DNA from: an uncultured Thermoleophilia bacterium | GTDB lineage: Bacteria; Actinomycetota; Thermoleophilia; Solirubrobacterales; 70-9 | Assembly: GCA_963838175.1 (NCBI GenBank) | Contig: CAWIPP010000002.1 | Span: 948,738 to 1,012,737, forward strand | DNA: 64,000 bases | Direction: 5' to 3' | The notes under the pieces: model-generated | Seen by the model: only the letters and a program-made list of their open reading frames with translations | The model's database searches: none | Told to the model about the DNA's origin: nothing | In this document: positions 37,654-47,834 of the stretch, piece after piece | Numbering within the stretch: position 1 is the stretch's first letter | Layout: each line of letters opens with the position of its first letter | Program-made: the position numbers and the translations under genes

Positions 37654-38312
37654 TCAGCCCCGGTCCTCGTCGGACCCCTCGGAGGCGCCTTCGTCCTCCG
37701 CCGAGGGTTCCTCGGGCGCGGAGTCGCCCTCGTCCCCGCTCTCCGGCTCGGCCGCGGGCTCGGGCTCGTCCTCCGTCCCTGTGGGGTCAGACCGCTCCTC
37801 CGTCCCTGTGGGGTCAGACCCCTCCTCTGCGGCCTCTTCCTCCTCGGCGCCCTCCTCCTCATCGCCGACGCCCAGGTCCTCGACCTCGGCCTCGCTCTGG
37901 GCGACGCCCTCGGAGTCGACCGCCTCATCCTCGGGCTCGGCGGCCAGCACCAGCTCCTCGTCGATGCCCCAGCGGCGCTCGGCGACCCGGGCGCGCTTGC
38001 CGATCCGGCCGCGCAGGTAGTAGAGCTTCGCGCGGCGGACGTCGCCGCGGCCGGCGACCTCGAGCCGCTCGATCTTGGGCGAGTGCAGCTGGAAAGGTCC
38101 GCTCGACCCCGACGCCGAACGACTGCTTGCGGACGGTGAACGTCTCGCGGGACGCCGGAGCCCTGGCGCTTGATCACGATTCCCTCGAAGACCTGGGTGC
38201 GCCGCCGGTTGCCCTCGACCACCTGGAAGTGGACGCGCACGCGGTCACCGGCGTCGAAGCGCGGCAACGCGCTTCAGCTGGCCTGCTCGATGCTCTCGAT
38301 GATGGTGCTCAT
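37654..38312 (-). CDS. rplS: 50S ribosomal protein L19 with about 100-aa acidic C-terminal extension; frame-disrupted in the conserved part
   Basis: ATG at 38312 ([12 protein letters not shown]..). ..[38 protein letters not shown] / [19 protein letters not shown] / ..[46 protein letters not shown] continues in frame into ORF 37654-37950 (..[47 protein letters not shown]..). Confidence 0.75.
37771..37824 (-). repeat. 27-nt tandem duplication (x2, 1 mismatch) inside the rplS extension, containing the GAGGGGTCTGACCCC motif
   Basis: ctccgtccctgtggggtcagaccgctc at 37771-37797 and ctccgtccctgtggggtcagacccctc at 37798-37824. It is in frame (9 codons, EERSDPTGT / EEGSDPTGT). Its reverse complement shares a 15-mer with the repeat at 56504-56581. 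Confidence 0.85.
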
Positions 38313-38346
38313 GGGGCGGGCGATCTTGGCAGGCGCCATAAGCGGG

Positions 38347-38384
38347 ACAGAAAGAACGCGCGGGCCGGAAATGGGGCCCGCGCG
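38347..38384 (-). terminator. Candidate intrinsic terminator/attenuator between trmD and rplS
   Basis: Minus strand: CGCGCGGGCC-ccatttcc-GGCCCGCGCG followed by TTCTTTCTGT. This is a perfect 10-bp GC stem (38357-38366 / 38375-38384) plus a U-rich tail (38347-38356). Confidence 0.55.
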
Positions 38385-38395
38385 GGGGCGAAATC

Positions 38396-39101
38396 TTAGC
38401 GGCCGCCTCGCGGCGTCCGGACGCGTGGCGGCGTCAGGCCCCGCCGGCCTGCCCGCGGCGCGGCTCTGCTCGAGCCGCCACTCCCGGACCCGCTCGTGGT
38501 CGCCGGAGACGAGCACCTCCGGGACCTCCCACCCCTGGTAGACGCGGCGGACGGGTGTAGTGCGGGTACTCCGGCGCGCCGTCGAGCGCTTCGGAGAACG
38601 ACTCCTCGACGACGCTCTCGGCGTGGCCAAGCGCCCCCGGCTGCTTGCGCAGGACGCGTCGGCCACGACCATCGCCGCCAGCTCGCCGCCGGAGAGCACG
38701 TAGCGGCCGATCGAGACGGCGTCGGTGGCGAGGTGCTCGCGGATGCGCTCGTCGAAGCCCTCGTAGCGGCCGCAGAGGAGCGCCACGTGGGGCTCCGCGG
38801 CGAGCTCGGCGGCGAGCGGCTCGTCGAACTCGCGGCCCGACGGCGTCAGCAGGACGATCCGGTCGGGCCGCGCTCGGGGTAGGCGGCTCGCAGCGCCGCG
38901 TCGACGACGTCGACCCGCAGGACCATCCCGGCGCCGCCGCCGTATGGCGCGTCGTCGACCTGGCCGGCGCCGAGCGGCGTCGTGTCGCGATAGTTGAACA
39001 GCACGGATCTCGGCGCCGTGCTGCCGAGCGTTGCGCACGTGTCGCTGAGCCACGAACCACTCGAACGCCTCCGGGAAGAGGGTGAAGAGATCCAGCCTCA
39101 T
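38396..39101 (-). CDS. trmD: tRNA (guanine37-N1)-methyltransferase; frame-disrupted, stop inferred
   Basis: ATG at 39101. MRLDLFTLFPEAFEWF.. / ..IVLLTPSGREFDEPLAAELAAEPHVALLCGRYEGFDERIREHLATDAVSIGRYVLSGGELAAMVV.. / ..YTRPPV(Y)QGWEVPEVLVSGDHERVREWR.. Assigning TAA at 38396-38398 as the stop requires a final frame change. Confidence 0.8.
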
Positions 39102-39107
39102 GTCGGG

Positions 39108-39339
39108 CTACTCGAGTATGTCGACGATGACCCGACGGTCCTCGCGGACCGCGGCGGCCTTGGCGAGGGTCCGGATCGCGTTCGCGATCCGGCCGCCGCG
39201 GCCGATCACCCGGCCGACGTCGTCCTCGGCGACGGTGATCTCGAGGACGATGTCGCCGTTCTCCTCGACCTCCTCGACCTTGACGGCGTCGGGCTCGTCG
39301 ACGAGGCGCGCGGGTGAGGAACTCGACCAGGTCGCGCAT
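39108..39339 (-). CDS. KH-domain RNA-binding protein (YlqC-like); one frame shift
   Basis: ATG at 39339 (MRDLVEFLTRA), then ..LVDEPDAVKVEEVEENGDIVLEITVAEDDVGRVIGRGGRIANAIRTLAKAAAVREDRRVIVDILE*. Confidence 0.75.
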
Positions 39340-39360
39340 CGGTCGACTGCCGCGTGCCGG

Positions 39361-39617
39361 CTAGCGGCCGACCGCCTCGATGCCCCTGCGCCCGCAGCAG
39401 GCGGGCGACGGTCGCCGACGGGCTGCGCCCCGTGGTCGAGCCAGTGCTGGGCGCGGTCGGCGTCGACGACGATCGTCGAGGGCTCGGTCCGCGGGTTGTA
39501 GGAGCCGATCGTCTCGATCGTGCGCCCGTCGCGCGGCGAGCGCGGTCGGCGACGACGATGCGCCAGATCGGGTTCTTCTTCGACACCGACCCTTCTCAGT
39601 CTCATTCGTACGGCCAT
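39361..39617 (-). CDS. rpsP: 30S ribosomal protein S16; frame-disrupted
   Basis: MAVRMRLRRVG / SKKNPIWRIVVADR / [42 protein letters not shown] / ATVARLLRAQG.. across frames. Confidence 0.82.
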
Positions 39618-39633
39618 CGGGCGACCGAGGAGG

Positions 39634-40995
39634 TTAGCGGCGCGGCTGCGCCGCGTCGCCGCCGCCGCTGAGGAGCTGCTCGGGGTCGGGCATCTTGCCC
39701 GAGGCGAGCTGCTTCATCATCTTCCGCATCTGGTCGAACTGCTTGACCAGGTTGTTGACGGCGGCGACGTTCGTGCCCGAGCCCTGGGCGATCCGCTTGC
39801 GCCGCGAGCCCTTGATGATCTCGGGCTGCGCCCGCTCCGCGGGGGTCATCGAGAGGATGATCGCCTCGAGCCGGTCGAGCTCGCGCTCGTCGACGTTCGC
39901 CTAGCTTGATCTGCTTCATCGCCTTGCCCATCCCGGGCATCATCCCGAGCACGTTCTGGAGCGGGCCCATCCGCCGCACCTGCTTCATCTGCTTGAGGAA
40001 GTCCTCGAGCGTGAACTCGCGCTGTGCGGATCTTGCGCTCGAGCTCCGCGGCCTCGTCCTCGGTGACCTCCTGCTCGGCCTTCTCGATCAGCGACAGGAC
40101 GTCGCCCATGCCGAGGATCCGGGTCGCCATCCGGTCGGGGTGGAAGCGCTCGAGCTCGGAGAGCTTCTCGCCGGTCGAGGCGTACATGATCGGCTTGCCG
40201 GTCACCGCCTTGACCGAGAGCGCCGCGCCGCCGCGTGCGTCACCGTCGAGCTTGGTCATCAGCACGCCGTCGAACTCGGCCTTCTCGGAGAACTCCTCGG
40301 CGACGTTGACCGCGTCCTGGCCGGTCATCGCGTCGAGGACGAGGAGCACGTCGTGCGGCTTCGTGCGCTTGCGGATCGCGACGAGCTGGTCCATCAGCTC
40401 CTCGTCGATGTGCAGGCGGCCGGCTGTGTCGACGATCAGCACGTCCTTCGACTCGGCGCGCGCCTGCCCGAGCGCCCACTCGGCGACGTCGACCGGGTCG
40501 CGGTCGGTGCCCTGGCGGTAGACCGTCGCCCCGGCGCGCTCGCCCACGGTGACGAGCTGCTCGACCGCCGCCGGCCGCTGCAGGTCGCAGGCGGCGAGCG
40601 CGACCGACTTCTGCTGGCCCTTCAGCTGCATCGCCAGCTTCGCGCAGGCGGTCGTCTTGCCCGAGCCCTGGAGGCCCGCCATCAGGATCACGGTCGGCCC
40701 GCTCGAGGCGAAGGCGAGGTCGCGGCCCGACCCGCCCATCAGCGAGGCGAGCTCCTCGTTGACGATCTTCACGACCTGCTGGCCGGGGTCGAGGCTCTCC
40801 AGCACCCCCTCCCCCACGCAGCGCTCCTTCACCTGCGGCGACGAACGGCTTGACGACCTTGAAGTTGACGTCCGCCTCGAGCAGCGCGAGCCGGATCTCG
40901 CGCATCGCCTTGTCGACGTCGTCCTCGGAGAGCTTGCCGCGGTTGCGGACGTCCGAGAGCGTCGACTGGAGGCGGTCTGAGAGCTGGTCGAACAC
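39634..40995 (-). CDS. ffh: Signal recognition particle protein Ffh; at least 4 frame shifts
   Basis: [48 protein letters not shown].. / ..[57 protein letters not shown].. / M-domain ..[35 protein letters not shown].. Confidence 0.9.
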
Positions 40996-41094
40996 GGGAC
41001 GACCAGCTTAGCGCGGCCTTACCGGAGCGCGTAAGCCGTCCTGGAAAAGCGTCGGCGACCGACGCGATCCAGGACAGCGTCCACGACGGCCCGC

Positions 41095-42093
41095 TTATTC
41101 GCTGAGGAGGGCGGTGGCGAACTCGCGCGGGTCGAACGGCTGGAGGTCCTCGAGCCCCTCCCCCACCCCGATCAGCTTCACCGGGATGCCGAGCTCGCGC
41201 GAGATCGCCAGCGCGATGCCGCCCTTGGCGGTGCCGTCGAGCTTGGTCAGGACGACGCCGGTGACGTCGACCGCGTCGGCGAAGCGCCTTCGCCTGGCGG
41301 AGGCCGTTCTGGCCGGTGGTCGAGTCGATCGTGATCAGGGTCTCGTGCGGGGCGCCGTCGAGCCGCTTCGCGATCACCTTGCGGACCTTGGCGAGCTCGT
41401 CCATCAGGTTGCCGTGGGTGTGCAGGCGACCGGCGGTGTCGACGATGACGACGTCGATGGCCGCGCGACTCGGCGGCGGAGACCGCGTCGAAGGCGACCG
41501 CGCCCGGCGTCGCCGCCCTCCGCGCCCTTGACGATCTCGCAGCCCGCGCGCTCGGCCCAGGTCTCGAGCTGCTCGACGGCAGCCGCGCGGTAGGTGTCGG
41601 CGGCGGCGATCAGCACCGAGAGGCCGAGCTCGCGCTGCAGGTGCCAGGCGAGCTTGCCGATCGTCGTCGTCTTGCCGGTGCCGTTGACGCCGCAGACCAT
41701 CATCACCGCCGGCCGCTCGCGAACCGCGATCCGGCCGTCCCCGGTCGGATGCGGTCTCGGCGAGCAGCTCGATCAGCCGCTCGCGGAGCGGCTCGCCCGC
41801 GCCGACCTCGCCTGCCTCGGCCTCCATCTCGAGCTTGCCGACGACCTCTGCGGTGGTCGGTGCCGCCGACGTCGGCGAGGATCAGCGCCTCCTCGAGCCG
41901 CTCCCAGGTCTCGTCGTCGAGGGTCTCGAAGAGGCTCGCGGAGAGCTCGGCCTGCAGGGCCCGCCGTGACTTTCCGAGGTTCTCCCGCAGGCGTCTGAAG
42001 AAGCCACCGCGCTCGGCCGGCGCGTCCTCGGTCGACCGCCTCTGGGACCTCACGGTCCCCGAGGTCGAAGACGTCTCGCCAGTCGCGCGCCAT
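41095..42093 (-). CDS. ftsY: Signal recognition particle receptor FtsY; frame-disrupted
   Basis: ATG at 42093 overlaps the smc stop (TGATG). ..[31 protein letters not shown].. / ..[36 protein letters not shown].. / ..[59 protein letters not shown] (TAA at 41095-41097). Confidence 0.88.
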
Positions 42094-44497
42094 CAGGCGC
42101 GCAAGGGTTCAAGCCGCTTCGGCTTCGCGCCTCGGCGAGCTCGGGCTGGTCGTCCTGCGGCCAGGCGGCGGGAGATGATCTTGGTCACGCCGCCCTCCCC
42201 CATCGAGACGCCGTAGAGGACGTCGGCGGCGTCCATCGTCCGCTTCTGGTGGGTGACGATCACGAACTGGGCGCGGTCGGAGAAGCGGCGAACGAGCTGT
42301 AGGAAGCGGTCGATGTTGGCGTCGTCGAGCGCGGCCTCGACCTCGTCGAGGATGTAGAAGGGCGAGGGGCGAGCGAGGAAGACGGCGAAGACGAAGGCGA
42401 GCGCGACGAGCGACTTCTCGCCGCCCGAGAGGAGCGAGAGCTTGCGGGTCGCCTTGCCGGCGGGCGTGACCTCGATCTCCACCCCGCGATCGTCGTCGAC
42501 ATCATCGCCGTCCGCCTCCTCAGCTTCGCTTCCGGGGGCGGACGGGTTCGCGGCGTCCGGGGTCTCGAGCACGTCCTCCTCCTGCCCTCCGAGCACAGGC
42601 CGCGGGGCCCGGCTGGCCCTCGACCAGGCGAAGCGTGCCGCGGCCTCCTGGGAACAGGTGCTCGACCAGCTCCTCGAAGTTGCGGCTCGGTCGCCTCGAA
42701 GGTCTCCTCGAAGGCGGTCTGGATCCGGCTGTCGGTCTCGCGGATCAGCTTCTGGAGCTCCTTCAGCGCGGTCTCGAGGTCCTCGCGCGTTGGTCTCCAG
42801 CTCGGAGACGTGCGCCAGCGCCTCGGCGTACTCGTTCTTCGCCAGGGGGTTGACCGGCCCGAGCTGCTCGCGCCGGCGCCCAAGGCGCTCCAGCTTGCGC
42901 TCGATCTCCTCGCGCTCCTCGTCGCGCGAGGGCTTCGGTCGCGGGACCAAGGTCCCGCCGAGCCGCTTCGCGATCCGGCCAGCTCGGCCGCCGCCTCGTC
43001 GCGCCGGTCGCGCTCCTGGGTCGCCCCGACCTCGGCCTGGGTCACCGCCTCGGCGGCTCCGCGCAGCTCGGCCTGTAGCTCGGCGTCGCGCCGCGAGCAG
43101 ACCGCGCAGCTGCTCGGTGACGTCGTCGGCGGCCTGATCGCCGCCGAGGAGCTTCGCGCTCGAGCGCCCGCGGTGCGCTCCCCGACCGCGTCGCGCGCGG
43201 CGGCGGTCGCCGTCGGCGACTCGCTCAGCGCGGCGAGCAGTCGCCTCCTCCGCCTCCAGCCGGCGCTCCAGCGAGTCCTGGACGGCCGCGGCCGAGCAGC
43301 GCCTCGGCGCGCCGGGCGCCGCGCGCGGCGCGCTCGGCGCCCTCGCGAACCCGGGCGAGCTCCGTCGTCCGCGCGCGTCTGCGTCGGCGCCCTCGCGGCG
43401 CGCGATCCAGCGCGCCCCTCGCCTCCGCGAGCGCGTCGCCGACCGCGCGCAGCTCCGCCTCGAGCTGATCGCGACTCGGTGCCCGTCGTCGGCGGCCTCG
43501 TGCGGCGAGCGCACCGAGGGTCGACGCGGCGACGCTCGATCCCGGCGGCGAGGTCGGCGCGCCGCGACGAGAGCGCCTCCGCCCGCACGGCGAGCCGCTC
43601 GTGCGCCGCGCGCAACGCCGTCAGCCGTCCCCAGACCAGCGTCCGCTCGCGGTCGCGCGCGGCGAGCCGCTCCTCGATCGCCGTCCGCTCGCCGGTTGAC
43701 CTCGGCGAGCTTCGCCTCGATCGCGTCGCGCTTCTCGCGCGCGGCGCTCGCGTCGCGCTCGCGGCCCGCGAGGACGTCGTCGTGGGAGCGAAGCTCCTCC
43801 GCGAGCAGCCGGGCGCGGAGCTCCATCGACTCGCGCCTCGAGGCGGGCGTGGATCTCGGCCGCCTGCGCCTGTCGCTTCAGCGGCCGCAGCCGCAGCCGG
43901 CGCCTCGCGCTCGACGTCGAGCGCGCGGTCGAGGTTGTCCTGGGTGCGGTCGAGCTTGAGCTGGGCGCGGCGGCGGCGCTTGCGGTGCTTGCCGAGACCG
44001 GCGGCCTCCTCGACGAGGAGCCGGCGCTGGCGCGGCTTCGAGTGGACGATCTCCTCGACCCGGCCCTGGCTGATCACCGAGTGCATCTCGCGACCGAGGT
44101 TGGTGTCGGCGAGCGCCTCGACGACGTCCGCGAGTCGGCAGCGGGCGCCGTTCAGCCAGTAGCCGCCCGTCGCCGTAGCGGTCGAGGCGCCGCTTGATCG
44201 AGATCTCGGAGAAGTCGGTCATGGCGCGGCCGTCGGAGTTGTCGATCACGACCTCGACCTCGGCGGCCCGGCGGCGTCACGGTGCCCTGGCCGCCGGCGA
44301 AGATCACGTCCTGCATCGACTGGCCGCGGACCGCGAGCGGGCTCTGCTCGCCGAGCGCCCAGAGGACGGCGTCGGTGATGTTCGACTTGCCGCAGCCGTT
44401 CGGGCCCGACGACCACGCTGACGCCCGGCGCGAAATCCAGACGCGTCCGCTCCGGGAAGGACTTGAAGCCCTTCATCGTGATCGACTTCAGATGCAT
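42093..44497 (-). CDS. smc: Chromosome partition protein SMC, heavily frame-disrupted and only about 800 codons long (no hinge region detectable)
   Basis: ATG at 44497. [32 protein letters not shown] / [20 protein letters not shown].. (Walker A after one frame change). ..[22 protein letters not shown].. C-terminal head ..[14 protein letters not shown].., ..[56 protein letters not shown].. Confidence 0.8.
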
Positions 44498-44510
44498 GCC
44501 CTGGTGCGGC

Positions 44511-45250
44511 TCATAGGCTCGCTGTCGCTTCGGACGCCATCGCGTGCGCCCGCACCGACCGGCGGTTCAGGCGTCGAGACTGCTCTAGCGCCTCGGCCGC
44601 GGCGGCCTGCTCGGCCGCCTTCTTCGAGCGCCCCGAGCCGCTGCCGGCGGCCTCGCCGTCGATCTGCGCCTCGACCTCGAAGCGCCGGTCGTGCGGCGGT
44701 CCCGCCTCGTCGACGACGGCGTAGGTTACGCGCACCCCCCGCCGGGCGAGGCGCTCCTGGAGCGCCGACTTGAAATCGAGCATGGTCTCGGTCGCCAGCT
44801 CGATCTCCGGGCGCGAAGGCGGCGACCGTGGCCGCCGCGGTCGCGCTCGTAGCCGTGCTCGAGGTAGCAGGCGCCGATCACCGCCTCGGCGATCGACGCC
44901 ATCGCCCGCTCGGACGCGAGGAGCTGGGCGACCGTCGATCGACTCCGGCCCTTCGGGCGCGAGCTCGCGCAGCCGCTCGGGGACGCCGAGCGCCTCGGCG
45001 ATCGCGGCGCAGGCGCGGCCGCTGACCGCCTGGCCGTGCACCTTGGTCAGCCGTGCCGATGTCCGAGCGCGGAAAGCGCGAGTAGATCTCCTCCGCGATG
45101 GCGAGCCCGAGGACGCTGTCGCCGAGGAAGGCGAGGCGTCCGTAGGAGTCGGTGCGCTGCGTCAGTCCAAGAGGAGTGGGTCAGCGCGTTGCGGTGCGGA
45201 TGCGCTCCGGAGAGCCCGTCGAAGAGCTCCGCGAGCTGGTCGACGCTCAC
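44511..45250 (-). CDS. rnc: Ribonuclease III; frame-disrupted
   Basis: GTG at 45250 overlaps the acpP stop (GTGA). ..ALTHSSW.. / ..RLAFLGDSVLGLAIAEEIY.. / ..DFKSALQERLARRGVRVTYAVVDEAGPPHDRRFEVEAQIDGEAAGSGSGRSKKAAEQAAAAEAL.. Confidence 0.85.
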
Positions 45251-45498
45251 GCCGTCGGTAGGCGGGCGAGCACGAAGTCGACGGCCTGGCCGACGGTCTC
45301 GATCTCCGCCGCGTCCTCCTCGGGCACGCGGACCCCGTAGCTGTCCTCGAGCTCCATCACGAGCTCGTAGAGGTCGAGCGAGTCGGCGTCGAGGTCCTCG
45401 CGGAAGCGCGTGGTCTCCGCGATCTCGGCGGCGTCGACCTCGAGCTCGGCGGAGAGGTGCTCGCGCACCTTCGCCATCACCTCGTCGCGGTGCATCAT
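45247..45498 (-). CDS. acpP: Acyl carrier protein
   Basis: 83 aa. ..FREDLDADSLDLYELVMELEDSYGV.. with the DSL phosphopantetheine attachment motif. Confidence 0.9.
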   Translation of the reverse strand: MMHRDEVMAKVREHLSAELEVDAAEIAETTRFREDLDADSLDLYELVMELEDSYGVRVPEEDAAEIETVGQAVDFVLARLPTA

Positions 45499-45513
45499 GT
45501 CGGCTCTTCCGTA

Positions 45514-46560
45514 TCACGCATCGCGCGCCCCGGCCCGCCCCGGACGCCTCGAGCTGCTCCGCGGTTCGCTCGATCGCGCGCTCGCGCACGGCGCGGTCGG
45601 CGAGCCTGATCGCGTTCGCGATCCCCTCCGGCCCCGAGCTGCCGTGGGCGACGACGGTCACCCGGCGCAGCCCGAGCAGGATCGCCCCGCCGGTGGTGTC
45701 CGGGTCCATCTCGCTGGCGCAGCCCGGAGAGCGCGGGTCGAAGCAGCAGCCCGCCGGCGGCCGCGAGCGGGTTCGACCGCGCCGCCTCCCGGACCGCGCC
45801 GGCGACCGCCTTCGCGGTCCCCTCGATCGTCTTCAGGGTGACGTTGCCGGTGAAGCCGTCGGTGACGACGACGTCGGCGTCGCCGGTGAGCAGGTCGCGG
45901 CCCTCGACGTTGCCGGCGAACTCGAACGCAGGTGTCCGACCGCTGCCGGACGCCAGCATCTCGTGGGCCTCGACGACGGTCGGGGTGCCCTTCTTCGCCT
46001 CCTCGCCGACCGAGAGCAGCGCGACCCGCGGCCGCTCGACGCCGAGCACCACGCGGGCGAAGGCGGAGCCGAGGTGGGCGAACTGGACCAGGTGCTGGGC
46101 GCGCGCCTCGGTGCTCGCGCCGACGTCGAGGAGCAGCACTGGGTGGCCGCGCCGCGCGGGGCTGCGCAGCTCGACCGCGAGCGCCGGGCGGTGGACGCCC
46201 TGGAGCCGCCTGATGCCGAAGGTGGCCGCCGCCATCGTCGCCCCGGTCGGGCCGGCGCTGACGAGCGCCGCCGAGCTGACCCTCGGCGACGTCGCGGGCG
46301 GCGGCGACGACGGACGCGTCGCGGGCGGGCGCGGACCGCGGGCAGCGGCTCCTCGTCGTTGGTGATCTCGTCCGGCGCCTCGATCAGCTCGACGCCCGGC
46401 GACGCCCTCGAGCTCGCCGAGCTCGCCGGGGCGTCCGAAGACGCGCAGCGCGGATGCCCTCGGCGGCGGCGGTCTGCGCGCCCGCGACGATCGGCGCGGC
46501 GCCGTGCGTCGGCGCCGAGCGCGTCGAGCGCGACGCGTCGTCGTCGGCGGCGTCGGCCGC
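45514..46560 (-). CDS. plsX: Phosphate acyltransferase PlsX; at least 5 frame shifts, ends approximate
   Basis: ..RVALDALGAD.. / ..APIVAGAQTAAAEGIR.. / ..LIEAPDEITNDEEPLPAVRARPDAS.. / ..VSAGPTGATMAAATF.. / ..VLLLDVGASTEARAQHLVQFAHLGSAFARVVLGVERPRVALLSVGEEAKKG..GNVEGRDLLTGDADVVVTDGFTGNV.LKTIEG.. / ..GGAILLGLRRVTVVAHGSSGPEGIANAI.. Confidence 0.8.
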
Positions 46561-46568
46561 CGAGCGAC

Positions 46569-46783
46569 CTACTCCACTTCTTCGGCTGGCGCCCGGTGGT
46601 GCCGGGATCTCGTGCTCGATCACCTCGCGCCCGGCGTAGGTGCCGCAGGTCGGGCAGACGCGGTGCGGCAGCCGCGGGCTGTGGCACTGCGGGCAGCGTG
46701 TTCAGCCGAGGCGCGCGCACGCGGTGCGTGGCACGGCGCTTGTCGCGGCGCTGGGACGAGGTTCTCTTCTTCGGGACGGCCAT
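46569..46783 (-). CDS. rpmF: 50S ribosomal protein L32; frame-disrupted, stop inferred
   Basis: ATG at 46783. MAVPKKRTSSQRRDKRRATHRVRAPRLN / CPQCHSPRLPHRVCPTCGTYAGREVIEHE.. Confidence 0.8.
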
Positions 46784-46805
46784 CGGGGCGCGGAATGGTA
46801 GTGAG

Positions 46806-47211
46806 TCAGTCGCTCCACCAGTCCGGGACCATCTCGGTGTCCTCGGCCGGCGACGCGCCGGTCGTTTGGCGCGCCGAACGCGAGGAACCCGATTCCCTCC
46901 GGGCCGCCCTCGACGCTGCGCATCACCTCCGGGGGGATCCGCACCGCATCGAGCTCCGAGATCTCGACGATCTCGTCGTCGAGCTTGATCCGCCCGGAGC
47001 CCTCGAGGACGACGTAGAGCTCCTCCTGCTGCATGTGCTTGTGGCCGAACGGGGTGCGGAAGTTCGGCTCGAGCCGCTGGTAGCTGACCCCCGAATTGGC
47101 GAGGTCCAGGTCGGAGGCGGCGAAGTGGGCCTCGAGTCCCGGCGCTAGGCCGAACTTCGGCGCCATGTCCTCGACGTCCGAGCGCAGGTTCTTCTTCGTG
47201 TAGCCGGCCAC
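46806..47211 (-). CDS. Cupin domain protein; one frame shift near the 3' end
   Basis: ORF 46702-47211. ..FGHKHMQQEELYVVLEGSGRIKLDDEIVEISELDAVRIPPEVMRSVEGGPEGIGFLAFGAP.. A corrected tail ..EDTEMVPDWWSD* stops at 46806-46808. Confidence 0.65.
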
Positions 47212-47223
47212 GGGCCCCAGTTT

Positions 47224-47802
47224 CTAATCCATCTTCAGCTCGCGGAGCTTCTCCCAGCGCGGATCCGGCTCCGGCTCGTGCTCGTGACGCTTCGCATCGG
47301 CCTCGTTCAGCGACTCGCCGCAGACCGGGCAGAGGCCGGCGCAGTCGGGACGGCAGAGGAAGCGCTCGGGCATCGCCAGCGCCAGCGTGTCGCGGGCCCA
47401 TTCGGCTAGGCGCAGCTCGTCGTCGAGCACGTACGGGCTCTCCAGCTCCTCGTCGCCGCCGGCGGAGGGCTGATGGACCTCGCGGGCGTCGACGGCGATC
47501 CGGACCTCGCCCGGCTCCAGGCAACGGACGCACGGGCCGGCGAGGTCGACCTCGTAGCGCAGATGAAGCGCGTGACCGGTCGCCGTGCGCGAGACGTCGA
47601 GCCTCGCCTCGACCGGCGAGCTCGTCGGCGCGTAGGTCTCGCCGCCGAGCTCGAGCCGCCCCGGGTCGACGCTGAGATCGAGCCGCCTGCCCTCGCCCGA
47701 GGCGAGCGCGAGGCGTCCGAGGTCGAGAGTCTTTTCGGGCTGAGCGGTCAGAATCCCGAGGGTAATGGCGGAGGGACCCGGCTTCGCGAGTTTGTGTCGC
47801 AT
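47224..47802 (-). CDS. DUF177 (YceD-like) protein of the rpmF-plsX cluster
   Basis: ATG at 47802, 192 aa. ..GPCVRCLEPGEVRIAVDAREV..ALAMPERFLCRPDCAGLCPVCGESLNE.. has the characteristic double CxxC C-terminus. Confidence 0.85.
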   Translation of the reverse strand: MRHKLAKPGPSAITLGILTAQPEKTLDLGRLALASGEGRRLDLSVDPGRLELGGETYAPTSSPVEARLDVSRTATGHALHLRYEVDLAGPCVRCLEPGEVRIAVDAREVHQPSAGGDEELESPYVLDDELRLAEWARDTLALAMPERFLCRPDCAGLCPVCGESLNEADAKRHEHEPEPDPRWEKLRELKMD

Positions 47803-47834
47803 ACCGACAATAAGTCGCGAAGCCGGCCCCGGCC

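Noticed and set aside
45036-46988. Long antisense ORFs: 45036-46988 (+), 53399-55864 (+), 42810-44162 (+), 39906-40853 (+) and the N-terminal two thirds of 48272-50224 (-), among others
   Set aside because: They lie opposite or out of frame to genes with clear homolog-like products (plsX/rpmF, recG, smc, ffh, ICMT). Their translations are Arg/Ala/Pro-rich with no recognisable motifs. Stop-poor antisense frames are expected at about 70% GC.
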